In this document: piece after piece, positions 31,101 to 40,225 of the stretch | How positions within the stretch are numbered: position 1 is the first letter of the stretch | Layout of the letters: each line of letters starts with the position of its first letter | Source of the DNA: an uncultured Actinomycetes bacterium | Lineage (GTDB): Bacteria > Actinomycetota > Actinomycetes > Nanopelagicales > Nanopelagicaceae | DNA length: 46,247 nt | Assembly: GCA_903867285.1 (NCBI GenBank) | Contig: CAIPQX010000007.1 | Coordinates: 1 to 46,247, forward strand | Direction of reading: 5' to 3' | Notes under the pieces: model-generated | What the model saw: the letters and a program-made list of their open reading frames with translations, nothing else | The model's database searches: none | Told to the model about the DNA's origin: nothing | Made by a program: the position numbers and the translations under genes

Positions 31101-32697
31101 ACAAGTGCGCTATTCAACTCCTGGGGTTGGTTTGATTTCTCCGCCGCCGCATCACGACATCTACTCCATCGAAGATTTGGCGCAGCTAATTCATGATTTG
31201 AAGAACGCAAATATGAATGCGCGGATCCATGTGAAGCTGGTCGCCGAGGTTGGAGTCGGAACGGTAGCAGCCGGAGTTTCAAAGGCACATGCCGATGTTG
31301 TCTTGATCTCGGGCCATGACGGCGGTACGGGCGCATCCCCATTGACCTCGCTCAAACACGCGGGTGCTCCTTGGGAGCTCGGTCTAGCCGAAACCCAACA
31401 GACCTTAATGCTCAACGGCCTTCGCGATCGTATCGTCGTGCAAGTCGATGGTCAGATGAAAACGGGTCGCGATGTTGTTATTGCCGCTCTTCTCGGCGCG
31501 GAAGAGTTTGGTTTTGCGACGGCACCGCTCGTTGTTTCAGGGTGCGTCATGATGCGGGTCTGTCACCTCGATACCTGCCCAGTCGGAGTAGCGACGCAGA
31601 ATCCGGAGCTACGAGAGCGATTCTCTGGAAAGCCGGAATTCGTCGAAACATTCTTTGAATATATCGCGGAAGAGGTTCGCGAATGGTTGGCGCAATTGGG
31701 ATTCCGAACCCTCGAAGAGGTGATCGGCCAAGTGGAACTTCTCGACACTCGAGATGCAGTAGTGCACTGGAAGGCGAGCGGCCTTGATCTCGCTCCGCTG
31801 TTGAAGGCGCCCCTCTTCGCTGGTTCTCGTAAAAATACTGAGATACAAGACCACGGTCTCGCTGCTGCCCTCGACAATTCCTTAATCGCGCGCTCTTATG
31901 CCGGGTTGACGAAGGGCGAATTGGTCTCCTTCGAGATTCCAGTTCGCAACGTAAATCGCACGGTCGGAACTATGTTAGGCGCAGAAATTACTCGCGCTTA
32001 TGGCAGCGCTGGTCTTCCTGATAACACCATCGATATCACGCTTCGTGGTTCCGCGGGGCAGTCTCTGGGAGCATTCATTCCGAAAGGCCTCACCCTGCGT
32101 CTTTATGGTGACACCAATGACTACGTTGGTAAGGGCCTATCGGGTGGACGCATCGTTGTCCGACCTGACGAGAGTGCATCCTTTGCATCTCATGAAAATG
32201 TAATTGCTGGAAATGTTATTGGTTATGGCGCCACCAGTGGCGAGATATTCATTCGCGGAGTTGCCGGCGAGCGCTTTTGTGTTCGTAACTCAGGCGCTAC
32301 TGCGGTTGTTGAAGGCGTTGGTGATCACGGATGTGAATATATGACGGGTGGCGTGGCGATGGTCCTTGGCACTATTGGCAGGAACTTCGGTGCTGGCATG
32401 TCGGGCGGCGTTGCTTTTGTGCTCGATCTCGATCCGCGTTTGATAAATTCAGATATGGTCGATGTTCTGACGCTCAGTCCGGCTCGTTCTAAGCAAGCTT
32501 ACGAACTCCTCACGAAATTTGCGGCAGAAACCAGTTCACCCATTGCTTCAGAACTTCTTGCGGATTGGGAGATGGAGAGTTTGCGGATATCGCTCGTCAT
32601 GCCGCGTGACTATGCCAAGGTTTTAGCGATCATGGAGAAAGCAGAACGTGAAGGTTTAAATGTTGACGATGCAATTATGGAGGCGACTCGTGGCTGA
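28183..32697 (+). CDS. gltB: Glutamate synthase large subunit
   Basis: Short propeptide, then the Ntn-amidotransferase Cys ([11 protein letters not shown]), FMN domain (GEGGEDP, GGTGASP) and a C-terminal beta-helix domain. GTG 28183 has AGGAG 5 nt upstream and gives an N-terminus of typical length. The TTG 28144 start in the track lacks an RBS. Confidence 0.96.
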   Translation: MTLFSALPSAQGLYNPADEHDACGVAMVATLKKEPTHEIVAQALTALRNMEHRGASGAEPDSGDGAGILIRIPDEFYRSVVEFVLPPVGSYATGIAFIDKDFDDLPGIVKIAEEEKLAILGWRELPTNDSSLGTTALSVMPRFVQLFLAGKENESDLELDRLAFCFRKRVEHALPIYFPSLSARTIVYKGMLTTGQLEEFFPDLSDELVKSPLALVHSRFSTNTFPSWPLAHPYRYIAHNGEINTVRGNRNWMRAREALLASPFLPGEISRLFPIVNNSGSDSASFDEVLELLYLTGRSLPHSILMMIPEAWENSTTMPQELRDFYAFHASLMEPWDGPACVTFTDGSQVGAVLDRNGLRPSRFWVTDDGLVILASEVGVLEIDPAKVIRKGRLQPGRMFLVDIAEGRIIEDGEIKGSLAASKPYGEWLAEGVVRLADLPSREHIIYPHSSVLRRQRAFGYTEEELRIIIAPMAKNGAEPLGSMGTDSPIAALSEKPRLLFDYFAQLFAQVTNPPLDAIREEMVTSLGQTIGAESNLLNPSADSCRQISLDFPVIDNDELAKIIHVNADGEHPHFDSHVVRGLFPVMGGGESLRDRIEEIRAEVSLAIKHGARIVVLSDRDGDSEEAPIPTLLLTAAVHHHLIREKTRTRVSLVIETGEVREVHHVALLIGFGASAVNPYLAMESAEDLVRQGVIAGITPEKAVANLIKSLGKGVLKVMSKMGISTIASYHGAQVFEAIGLSAEVVDEYFTGLTSRLGGVSLETLAQETVKRHHIAYPPMGEIPGTKKLPIGGEYQWRREGEPHLFNPETVFKLQHATRAKRYDIFKQYTNLVDDQSKNLMTLRGLFTFKEGVRKPISIDEVESASSIIKRFATGAMSYGSISQEAHETLAIAMNRIGGKSNTGEGGEDPARNTPDANGDSRRSAIKQVASGRFGVTSEYLVSADDIQIKMAQGAKPGEGGQLPGNKVYPWIAQVRYSTPGVGLISPPPHHDIYSIEDLAQLIHDLKNANMNARIHVKLVAEVGVGTVAAGVSKAHADVVLISGHDGGTGASPLTSLKHAGAPWELGLAETQQTLMLNGLRDRIVVQVDGQMKTGRDVVIAALLGAEEFGFATAPLVVSGCVMMRVCHLDTCPVGVATQNPELRERFSGKPEFVETFFEYIAEEVREWLAQLGFRTLEEVIGQVELLDTRDAVVHWKASGLDLAPLLKAPLFAGSRKNTEIQDHGLAAALDNSLIARSYAGLTKGELVSFEIPVRNVNRTVGTMLGAEITRAYGSAGLPDNTIDITLRGSAGQSLGAFIPKGLTLRLYGDTNDYVGKGLSGGRIVVRPDESASFASHENVIAGNVIGYGATSGEIFIRGVAGERFCVRNSGATAVVEGVGDHGCEYMTGGVAMVLGTIGRNFGAGMSGGVAFVLDLDPRLINSDMVDVLTLSPARSKQAYELLTKFAAETSSPIASELLADWEMESLRISLVMPRDYAKVLAIMEKAEREGLNVDDAIMEATRG

Positions 32698-34147
32698 CCC
32701 AAAGGGATTTTTAACGACGCAGCGGGAGACTCCGACTCGTCGTCCGGTCGATGTGCGCATCAAGGATTGGAAAGAAGTGTATGAAGAACAACCATTTGGC
32801 GATCTGCAAAAGCAGGCCGGTCGCTGTATGGATTGTGGAATTCCATTTTGCCATCAGGGTTGTCCACTTGGAAATTTAATCCCCGAGTGGAACGATCTCA
32901 TGTGGCGAGGAGAGCGTGCAGAGGCAATCGATCGCCTCCATGCAACAAATAACTTCCCGGAGTTTACCGGACGGTTATGTCCCGCACCGTGCGAGGCCGC
33001 ATGTGTAGTTGCTATCAACACGGAAGCGGTAACGATCAAGCAGGTAGAACTTCGCACCATTGAAGAAGCATTTAATAGAGGCTTTGTTGTACCGCTTCCT
33101 CCAGATCGACTTACTGGCAAAACAATTGCTGTTGTCGGATCGGGCCCCGCGGGCCTTGCAGCTGCGCAACAATTAACGCGTGCCGGGCATACCGTTGCGG
33201 TGTACGAGCGCGCCAACCGCATAGGTGGCCTCTTGCGCTATGGAATTCCAGAGTTCAAAATGGAGAAGTCGATTGTCGATCGCCGAATTAGACAGATGGA
33301 GGCAGAAGGTACTCGTTTTCGTGCCGGCGTAAATATTGGTGTCGATATCACAGGATCAGAGTTGCGTAATCGCTACGACGCAGTTGTGCTCGCTATCGGA
33401 GCAACACAATGGCGCGATCTCAGCGTACCCGGACGAGAGAACACCGGGATATATCAAGCGATGGAGTATCTCCCTTGGGGAAATCAACAAGGTCTTGGCG
33501 AGTTGGCTGGAGATCCACCAATTAACGCATACGGGAAGCATGTTGTAATCCTGGGAGGTGGCGATACCGGCGCAGATTGCCTGGGTACCGCTATTCGACA
33601 GGGTGCAGCAAGTGTGACTCAGCTCGAAATTCTGCCGCGTCCGACCGAGGAGCGCCCATCAAATCAACCGTGGCCGACCTACCCAATGATCTATCGCGTC
33701 AGTAGCGCCCACGAAGAGGCGGGTGAAAGATTATTTGCAGTCTCCACTGAAGAGTTCATCGGGGATGGTGCTGGAAATGTTAAAGCGCTCAAACTCGTTG
33801 AGACTGAATTCATCAATGGAAAATTTGAAAAGGTAGAGGGCAGTGAGCGGGAGATTCCCGCGGATCTCGTATTTCTTGCGATGGGTTTCCTTGGACCCGA
33901 AAAATCTGAACTCATCACCCAACTTGAGGTACAGCTCGATCCACGCGGCAATGTGCTACGCGATGAGAAGTTTGCGACGAGTGAAGAGGGAATTTTTGTT
34001 TGTGGAGATGCTGGTCGCGGCCAATCTCTCATCGTCTGGGCGATCGCCGAAGGGCGAAGTGCCGCCGCTGCGGTAGATGAATATCTGCTGGGGGAGACCG
34101 GGCTACCAGCGCCGATACTTCCGACCGCGCGCTCTCTGACCGTCTGA
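32690..34147 (+). CDS. gltD: Glutamate synthase small subunit (NADPH)
   Basis: GTG 32690 gives (M)ADPKGFL..., the canonical GltD N-terminus, with GGAGG 6 nt upstream and an 8-nt overlap with gltB. Fe-S cysteines [14 protein letters not shown] and nucleotide fold [15 protein letters not shown]. Confidence 0.95.
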   Translation: MADPKGFLTTQRETPTRRPVDVRIKDWKEVYEEQPFGDLQKQAGRCMDCGIPFCHQGCPLGNLIPEWNDLMWRGERAEAIDRLHATNNFPEFTGRLCPAPCEAACVVAINTEAVTIKQVELRTIEEAFNRGFVVPLPPDRLTGKTIAVVGSGPAGLAAAQQLTRAGHTVAVYERANRIGGLLRYGIPEFKMEKSIVDRRIRQMEAEGTRFRAGVNIGVDITGSELRNRYDAVVLAIGATQWRDLSVPGRENTGIYQAMEYLPWGNQQGLGELAGDPPINAYGKHVVILGGGDTGADCLGTAIRQGAASVTQLEILPRPTEERPSNQPWPTYPMIYRVSSAHEEAGERLFAVSTEEFIGDGAGNVKALKLVETEFINGKFEKVEGSEREIPADLVFLAMGFLGPEKSELITQLEVQLDPRGNVLRDEKFATSEEGIFVCGDAGRGQSLIVWAIAEGRSAAAAVDEYLLGETGLPAPILPTARSLTV

Positions 34148-34243
34148 TCTCTCATTTACCGATAAAATAGCATCTTGAGTACCGACTGCACGACTAATTT
34201 GGAGTCATTCTTGGCTCCCCAAAGAGAGGCTTCGGCTGAATAA

Positions 34244-35686
34244 ATGCGCAGAGCAAAAATAGTATGCACGATGGGTCCCGCCGTTGAATCACCAGAGAAG
34301 GTCGCGGAGCTGATTGCCGCTGGAATGAATATGGCTCGACTCAACCTCTCTCACGGTGGATATGAAGAACATCAAAATCGACTCGACCTGGTGCGTGCTG
34401 CTGCCGCGGCTGCGAATGTTCCCGTCGCTATCCTGGTAGATCTGCAAGGTCCAAAGATTCGTCTAGCACGATTCAAAGACGGTCCTCATGAATTGGCTCG
34501 TGGAGATGTCTTCACAATTACAACCGATGAGGTCGAAGGTACTAAAGATAAATGTGGCACCACCTACAAGGGCTTAGCTGGAGATTGTCGTCCGGGAGAT
34601 CGCATTCTGATCGATGATGGCAAGGTGACTTTAGAGGTAGTCCATGTAAAGGGAAACGATGTTGTCACCACCGTCATACAGCCCGGATTCGTCAGCAACA
34701 ATAAGGGTATCAACCTGCCAGGAGTTGCTGTCTCTGTTCCTGCACTCTCCGAAAAGGATATGGATGATCTTCGGTGGGGGCTTCGAGCTGGAGCTGATTT
34801 CATTGCCCTCTCCTTTGTGCGAAGCGCCAAAGATATCGATGATGTGCATCGCATCATGAACGAAGAGGGAATCTTTCGTCCAGTGATCGCCAAAATTGAA
34901 AAGCCACAAGCGGTAGACAACCTAGAAGAGATCGTTGCGGCATTCGATGGAATTATGGTGGCCCGCGGCGATCTCGGTGTAGAGATGCCGATCGAAGAGG
35001 TCCCATTGGTTCAAAAGCGTTGTATTTCTATGGCGCGCAGCCAGGCCAAGCCAGTCATCGTCGCTACTCAGATGCTCGATTCTATGATCACCAATTCGAC
35101 TCCAACGCGCGCCGAAGCCACCGACTGTGCAAATGCGGTCCTGGATGGTGCTGATGCGTTGATGCTGAGCGGCGAGACCTCGGTTGGTGCATTTGCTATT
35201 GAAGCTGTCGCCACCATGGCTCGCATCATTGCGCGTACTGAAGAGGCGATGCTCGATCAAATCGTCCCACTTGGGCATAACCCAGCTACCAAGGGCGGGG
35301 CAATCACCAAGGCAGCCAAGGAGGTCGGGGAGATTGTCGGCGCCAAGTACCTTGTTGCCTTTACCCAGAGTGGAGATTCTGCTCGCCGTATCTCGCGCTT
35401 GCGTTCTGTAATTCCCATCCTTGCCTTGACCCCTGAAATACCGGTTTATAACCAACTCGCACTCTCATGGGGAGTCGAATCTAAAATAACTGCGGTTGTC
35501 AGCCACACCGACGAAATGGTGAAGCAGGTAGATGTTCTCTTGACCGAATCCGGGCGGGTCGCCAAAGGGGAGCCGGTGGTAATTATTGCAGGTGCCCCTC
35601 CCGGGATCCCAGGCTCAACAAATGCGCTCCGCGTCCATATCGTGGGAGATGCCATCGATGGCGTCGCCCCTGCATATCGGAGCTAA
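34244..35686 (+). CDS. pyk: Pyruvate kinase
   Basis: 480 aa. MRRAKIVCTMGP, MVARGDLGVE and a C-terminal regulatory domain. Confidence 0.96.
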   Translation: MRRAKIVCTMGPAVESPEKVAELIAAGMNMARLNLSHGGYEEHQNRLDLVRAAAAAANVPVAILVDLQGPKIRLARFKDGPHELARGDVFTITTDEVEGTKDKCGTTYKGLAGDCRPGDRILIDDGKVTLEVVHVKGNDVVTTVIQPGFVSNNKGINLPGVAVSVPALSEKDMDDLRWGLRAGADFIALSFVRSAKDIDDVHRIMNEEGIFRPVIAKIEKPQAVDNLEEIVAAFDGIMVARGDLGVEMPIEEVPLVQKRCISMARSQAKPVIVATQMLDSMITNSTPTRAEATDCANAVLDGADALMLSGETSVGAFAIEAVATMARIIARTEEAMLDQIVPLGHNPATKGGAITKAAKEVGEIVGAKYLVAFTQSGDSARRISRLRSVIPILALTPEIPVYNQLALSWGVESKITAVVSHTDEMVKQVDVLLTESGRVAKGEPVVIIAGAPPGIPGSTNALRVHIVGDAIDGVAPAYRS

Positions 35687-35697
35687 TTTCAGACAGT

Positions 35698-35703
35698 TAT
35701 ACT
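35698..35703 (+). promoter_or_regulatory. Candidate -10 box TATACT upstream of the tRNA
   Basis: Sequence agt-TATACT-ctg, 38 nt before tRNA position 1. It is followed by the inverted repeat TCCTGG...CCAGGA (35710..35735). Confidence 0.3.
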
Positions 35704-35740
35704 CTGATCTTCCTGGCTTCCTAAAAGTTTCCAGGAGAGA

Positions 35741-35813
35741 GCCTCGGTACTCCAACGGTAGAGAGGGCAGACTCAAAATCTGCACAGTGTCGGTTCAAAT
35801 CCGACTCGAGGCA
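35741..35813 (+). tRNA. tRNA with anticodon CAA (Leu by anticodon), 73 nt, short 5-nt variable loop
   Basis: Hand-folded cloverleaf. Acceptor GCCTCGG/TCGAGGC (one G-U pair). U8, A9. A 3-bp D-stem CTC/GAG with loop CAACGGTAGA (A14, G18G19). G26. Anticodon stem GCAGA/TCTGC with loop C-U-CAA-A-A. Variable loop ACAGT. T-arm GTCGG-TTCAAAT-CCGAC. Discriminator A. CCA is not encoded. Confidence 0.8.
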
Positions 35814-35814
35814 C

Positions 35815-36417
35815 ATGACAAAGTCAGAAGCTGGTTCATCAGCGCGGCTCCGCATTCTCGTTGCGGAAGATGAGGCGATCATCCGTCTTGATCTCGTCGA
35901 GATGCTTACAGATGCGGGTTATCAGGTCGTTGCCGAGGCCACCAATGGCGTAGAAGCAATAGCGCTCGCCAAGGAACACCTACCTGACATTGCGATCTTA
36001 GATGTGAAGATGCCAGAACTCGATGGGATCTCTGCTGCAGAACAAATCATCGAAATTTCACCCGTTCTGATGCTCACCGCATTTAGCCAGCGCGAACTTG
36101 TAGAGCGGGCGCGAGATGCTGGCGCCATGGCATATGTGGTCAAACCATTCAGCATCTCCGACCTGGTTCCGGCGATCGAAATCGCAGTAGGGCGTCACCG
36201 CGAACAGCAAGTGCTACGGGGTGAGGTCACCGATCTGCAGGAACGGCTAGAGACCCGGAAGGTCATAGATCGCGCCAAGGGGATCCTGATGAAGACCCTT
36301 AACCTCTCTGAGCCTGACTCCTTTAGCTGGATTCAGCGCACCGCCATGGATCGCCGAATCTCCATGAAGGCGGTGGCGCTAGCCGTCATCTCTCCCGATG
36401 CTGTCCCAGAGCAGTAG
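35815..36417 (+). CDS. pdtaR: Response regulator with ANTAR RNA-binding output domain (PdtaR-like)
   Basis: 200 aa. Receiver domain (LVAEDEAIIRLDL, ILDVKMPELDG, LTAFSQRELVERARDAGAMAYVVKPFSISDL) followed by ANTAR (LETRKVIDRAKGILM...WIQRTAMDRR). Close to my recollection of M. tuberculosis PdtaR. Confidence 0.9.
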   Translation: MTKSEAGSSARLRILVAEDEAIIRLDLVEMLTDAGYQVVAEATNGVEAIALAKEHLPDIAILDVKMPELDGISAAEQIIEISPVLMLTAFSQRELVERARDAGAMAYVVKPFSISDLVPAIEIAVGRHREQQVLRGEVTDLQERLETRKVIDRAKGILMKTLNLSEPDSFSWIQRTAMDRRISMKAVALAVISPDAVPEQ

Positions 36418-36443
36418 TCGGCGGCAAAGCGTTACCTAATATT

Positions 36444-36449
36444 TATAAT
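36444..36449 (+). promoter_or_regulatory. Candidate -10 box TATAAT for the liv operon (predicts a ~135-nt leader)
   Basis: A perfect TATAAT in the AT-rich stretch cctaatattTATAATtag. The -35 region is poor (gcggca). Confidence 0.35.
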
Positions 36450-36559
36450 TAGTACCTATTCACCCCGGAGTTCACGCTCGTTACGGATTTAGAGTGCGCC
36501 CGTTTTGTGGCGATAAGTCTTGATCTAGCCCCCTGCCACGGGTAGCCTTCACTCCTCCC

Positions 36560-36571
36560 TGTCCCGGGACA
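36560..36571. repeat. Perfect 12-bp palindrome TGTCCCGGGACA in the livK leader
   Basis: Lies 20 nt upstream of the livK ATG. It is flanked by CCTTC (36546..36550), which is complementary to the GAAGG of the RBS (36582..36586). Confidence 0.6.
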
Positions 36572-36591
36572 AAGTAAACAGGAAGGTAACA

Positions 36592-37866
36592 ATGACAAAA
36601 CTCACTCGCGTAGTCAGTGTCGTTGCCGCAGTCTCAATGGTTGCAACTGCTTTCGTAGCAGCAGCAGTTCCATCACAGGCAGCAGCAGTGAAGACACTTG
36701 TAATCGCAACTGACCTACCTCTTCAGGGTTCGTCTTTCGATTCCAACGACTCAACGAACAAGGCAATTGCTCTTTATTTGAAGTCTGTCGGCGGAATGGC
36801 TGGCAAGTTTAAGATCACACTTAAGTATTACGATGATGCAACAGCAACAGCTGGCGCATGGGATGCTGGACAATGCACTCAAAATGCTCAGAACCACGTC
36901 GCTAACAAGTCAGAAGTTGCCGTTATCGGAACATACAACTCTGGTTGCGCCAAGATTGAGGTTCCAATTTTGAACCAAGATCCAAAGGGCCCAATGTTGA
37001 TGGTTTCACAAGCTAACACCAACCCAGGACTTACAAAGTCTTGGAATCCTGGTGAGCCAGATGTTTACTATCCAACAGGAACACGTAACTATGCTCGTGT
37101 TTGCACAACCGATGACAACCAAGGTTCTGCTGCAGCTCAATTCGCTAAGTCCATTGGCGTTAAGAGCGTTTATGTCTTGAACGATACTCAGACCTATGGT
37201 CAAGGTGTTGCTCAGGCATTCACAACAGAGGCAAAGAAGCAGGGAATAACCGTTCTTTCGAGCGGACCTGCAGGTCAAGGTTGGGATACCTTACAATCTG
37301 ATTACACCGCTCTCTTCCAGAAGATCGCTCCACTGAACCCAGATATGGTCTACTTCGGCGGAATCTACGATAACAACGGTGGCCAGCTCCTCAAGGCTAA
37401 AGTTGCAGTTCTCGGAGATAACGTAAAGGTTAAGTTGATGGCTCCAGATGGATTCACTGGATACCCACAATTCAACTCTGATCCAAATGCTGATGGTGCT
37501 TACCTCAGCTTCGCAGGTCTCTCAAACGAGCTCCTCGTGAAGAACTCACCAAAGGGCGCTGGAGCTAAGTTCTTGGCTTCTTACAAGAAGACATACAAGA
37601 AGGATCCAGTCGGTTCTTACCCAATCTACGGCGTAGCTGCTCTCCAAGTTATCTTGGCTGCAATTGCAAAGTCAGACGGAACTCGTAAGAGCATCACTGA
37701 GAATGTCTTCTCCGGTTTGGGAATCACAATTCCTGCTAACCAATCTGTACTCGGCAAGGCTCTCCACATCAGTACTTTGACTGGAGATACCACAGCTAAG
37801 GACATCACCATCGAGCAGGTTACCGGTGGACAAGAGCAGACACTGAAGGCTTGGACAGTTAAGTAG
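36592..37866 (+). CDS. livK: Branched-chain amino acid (LivK/LivJ-type, Peripla_BP_6) ABC transporter substrate-binding protein
   Basis: 424 aa. N-terminal signal/anchor MTKLTRVVSVVAAVSMVATAFVAAAVPSQAAA with no lipobox Cys. Followed by livHMGF-type genes. AGGAAGG RBS. Confidence 0.88.
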   Translation: MTKLTRVVSVVAAVSMVATAFVAAAVPSQAAAVKTLVIATDLPLQGSSFDSNDSTNKAIALYLKSVGGMAGKFKITLKYYDDATATAGAWDAGQCTQNAQNHVANKSEVAVIGTYNSGCAKIEVPILNQDPKGPMLMVSQANTNPGLTKSWNPGEPDVYYPTGTRNYARVCTTDDNQGSAAAQFAKSIGVKSVYVLNDTQTYGQGVAQAFTTEAKKQGITVLSSGPAGQGWDTLQSDYTALFQKIAPLNPDMVYFGGIYDNNGGQLLKAKVAVLGDNVKVKLMAPDGFTGYPQFNSDPNADGAYLSFAGLSNELLVKNSPKGAGAKFLASYKKTYKKDPVGSYPIYGVAALQVILAAIAKSDGTRKSITENVFSGLGITIPANQSVLGKALHISTLTGDTTAKDITIEQVTGGQEQTLKAWTVK

Positions 37867-37906
37867 TAGAACTCGTTCTACCCACTAACTAGTTCAATAG
37901 TTCGCT

Positions 37907-37942
37907 AATTAGATGGAGCTTGGAAACAGGCTCCATCTAATT
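37907..37942 (+). other. Very stable intercistronic hairpin (16-bp stem, GAAA tetraloop) between livK and livH
   Basis: AATTAGATGGAGCTTG-GAAA-CAGGCTCCATCTAATT, with 15 Watson-Crick pairs plus 1 G-U and no following U-tract. A smaller hairpin, GTAGAA-CTCG-TTCTAC (37866..37881), begins with the last base of the stop codon (TAG 37864..37866). Confidence 0.75.
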
Positions 37943-37977
37943 CTGTAAAAACCCACATCCATCTAGAGGAGAAACAC

Positions 37978-39012
37978 GTGGCAGGCGTTACCTACAAGAC
38001 TCGCCAATTGCGCAGGCGTTATATAGAGAGAGCCTTTGCGACGATAGCAGTGGCAGGCGCAGCGCTCTGGCTGATTGCCAATTTAATTAAATCGCCAACC
38101 CAATTCTTCGAAGTTACATTTACCGGGCTGAGTAATGGAATCTTGTACGCGCTTATCGCGCTCGGGTACACCTTGGTTTACGGCATCATCGAGCTGATCA
38201 ATTTCGCTCACGGTGACCTCTTTATGCTAGGCGGCCTCTTCTCCGCACATTTCATCACCTTGTGGTTTGGTCAAAAGGTTCCATCGGCAGTGGGTTGGGG
38301 CGTCCTCGCTCTCTGTCTAATAGCGGTAATGGTTTTCTGCGCGACAATCAATGTCGCCATCGAGCGATTCGCATATCGCCGCCTTCGCCGGGCACCAAAG
38401 TTAGCGCCACTGATTACTGCAGTAGGAATGTCATTCATACTGCAATTCGTAGGTTTGCGTTGGAACGGATCTGGTCAAAAGATCTGGCCTAGCCTGCTTC
38501 CTAGCGGCAACTTATCTATATTTGGCGTTCGTTTGCCTTACACAACCATCATTTCATTTGCTATAACAATTCCGGTCTTGTTAGTTCTCACTTACATTGT
38601 GACTCGCACCAAGCAGGGCAAGGCAATGCGCGCCACTGCGCAAGATCAAGATGCTTCTCGTTTGATGGGCATCAATGTGGACCGCACAATATCCTTTACC
38701 TTCGGACTCGGCGGCGCGCTTGCCGGCGCAGCTGGATTGCTCTTCGAACAGACACGCGGATTGACTTCTTACAATCTCGGTTTCCAACTAGGCCTGATTG
38801 CATTTACCGCAGCCGTCATGGGCGGCATTGGTAATCTGCAAGGCGCAGTACTCGGAGCAATCATCATTGGGGTAATTCAAGGGTTGAACGATGGGCTCCC
38901 TATCGGGCTCGGCCAGCAATGGTCGAATACCGTGGTCTTCTCGATCTTGATCTTGTTGATGGTATTTAAACCGACCGGCCTACTCGGTAAGCCAACGACG
39001 GAGAAGGTGTAG
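37978..39012 (+). CDS. livH: Branched-chain amino acid ABC transporter permease (LivH type)
   Basis: 344 aa polytopic protein, GTG start with AGAGGAG RBS. LivH-like C-terminal region GGIGNLQGAVLGAIIIG. Confidence 0.9.
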   Translation: MAGVTYKTRQLRRRYIERAFATIAVAGAALWLIANLIKSPTQFFEVTFTGLSNGILYALIALGYTLVYGIIELINFAHGDLFMLGGLFSAHFITLWFGQKVPSAVGWGVLALCLIAVMVFCATINVAIERFAYRRLRRAPKLAPLITAVGMSFILQFVGLRWNGSGQKIWPSLLPSGNLSIFGVRLPYTTIISFAITIPVLLVLTYIVTRTKQGKAMRATAQDQDASRLMGINVDRTISFTFGLGGALAGAAGLLFEQTRGLTSYNLGFQLGLIAFTAAVMGGIGNLQGAVLGAIIIGVIQGLNDGLPIGLGQQWSNTVVFSILILLMVFKPTGLLGKPTTEKV

Positions 39013-39016
39013 ATCC

Positions 39017-40225
39017 ATGTCAATTATCACTCGCAAAAAAAGTGGCTCGAAGAGGCGCAAAGTTCCGGCTTCGCAACGGACCTGGTCGATTGGCTTTTTA
39101 ACTCTTGCTATCGCCGTCTATATCTTCTACACCTATATCGTTCCGCACACTCCAGATGGTTTCCAAAGTCAGATTCAGACCTGGTTTCCTCCATCTGCGC
39201 TCAATGAAGCGCTGGTCTGGGTAATTGCAGCTCTCGGGCTCAATATCGTTGTGGGTTATGCCGGTTTGCTTGATCTCGGTTTCGTAGCCTTCTGGGCGAT
39301 CGGTGGTTACACCGCCGGTTGGTTCATGTCAGGTTTCTTCTATCAATTGAATATCCACTTTGGCTCTGAAAGCCCAAAGACCTTTCCGGGAATCCACTTA
39401 TCCTTCTGGATCGTCCTTCTACTAGGAGCGCTCATCTGTGCCTTCTTCGGCATTTTGATTGGCGCACCAACTTTGCGCTTGAAGAGCGATTACCTCGCAA
39501 TTGTGACCCTCGGTTTCGGTGAGATCATTCCGCAGGTATTTGTCAACGGTGAGAACATCCACGGTTTTAATCTTTCAAATGGAACCAAAGGCATATCGCC
39601 AGTCGACAATATTGGCCTCTTTGGAAAGCGCCTCGGGCCCTTCGATCTCAACTATAAATACATGATCTTTGTATTTATGGCTGCCCTCATGGTCTTTATT
39701 TCATTGCGCCTGCGCAGTGGCCGCTTAGGCCGAGCTTGGTTGGCTATTCGCGAAGATGAACTAGCAGCCAGCATGATGGGCGTTCCGCTCATGAAGACCA
39801 AGTTATCTGCTTATGCGGTCGGTGCAATCTCGGGAGGATTGGCTGGTGTTGCATATGCAACTCACGTCAATGGTATCTTCGCAGAGCGTTTCCAATTCTC
39901 GATTTCCATCATCTTGCTCGCGATGGTTGTATTGGGTGGCATGGGTAACGTCTGGGGCGTGATGGTTGGTGCCCTACTTATTGCCTGGGTTAATTCAACT
40001 GGCTTGCCGGCCCTGGGCAACGAGATCAACAGCACATTTAATACCAACATCAACTTCCCGTCATATACCTTCTTAATCTTTGGAGGGTTGCTGATTCTCA
40101 TGATGCTTTTCCGACGAGAGGGTATTTTGCCGGAGTCGCGTTTAAAGATGGTTTTGCATGAGAACGATGACGATGTTGACAATGAGGCGCCTCACAAGAA
40201 TATTAGCGAAGAGGAGGCTCTGTAA
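39017..40225 (+). CDS. livM: Branched-chain amino acid ABC transporter permease (LivM type)
   Basis: 402 aa polytopic protein. LGFVAFWAIGGYTA and GGMGNVWGVMVGA are typical of LivM. GGAGAAGG RBS. Confidence 0.9.
   Translation: MSIITRKKSGSKRRKVPASQRTWSIGFLTLAIAVYIFYTYIVPHTPDGFQSQIQTWFPPSALNEALVWVIAALGLNIVVGYAGLLDLGFVAFWAIGGYTAGWFMSGFFYQLNIHFGSESPKTFPGIHLSFWIVLLLGALICAFFGILIGAPTLRLKSDYLAIVTLGFGEIIPQVFVNGENIHGFNLSNGTKGISPVDNIGLFGKRLGPFDLNYKYMIFVFMAALMVFISLRLRSGRLGRAWLAIREDELAASMMGVPLMKTKLSAYAVGAISGGLAGVAYATHVNGIFAERFQFSISIILLAMVVLGGMGNVWGVMVGALLIAWVNSTGLPALGNEINSTFNTNINFPSYTFLIFGGLLILMMLFRREGILPESRLKMVLHENDDDVDNEAPHKNISEEEAL

Noticed and set aside
36418-36591. Canonical ANTAR two-hairpin target motif (tandem hexaloops with A at position 1 and G at position 4) in the liv leader
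   Set aside because: I found no pair of stems with such hexaloops by eye. The regulatory link to pdtaR is kept only as a hypothesis that needs a covariance-model search.
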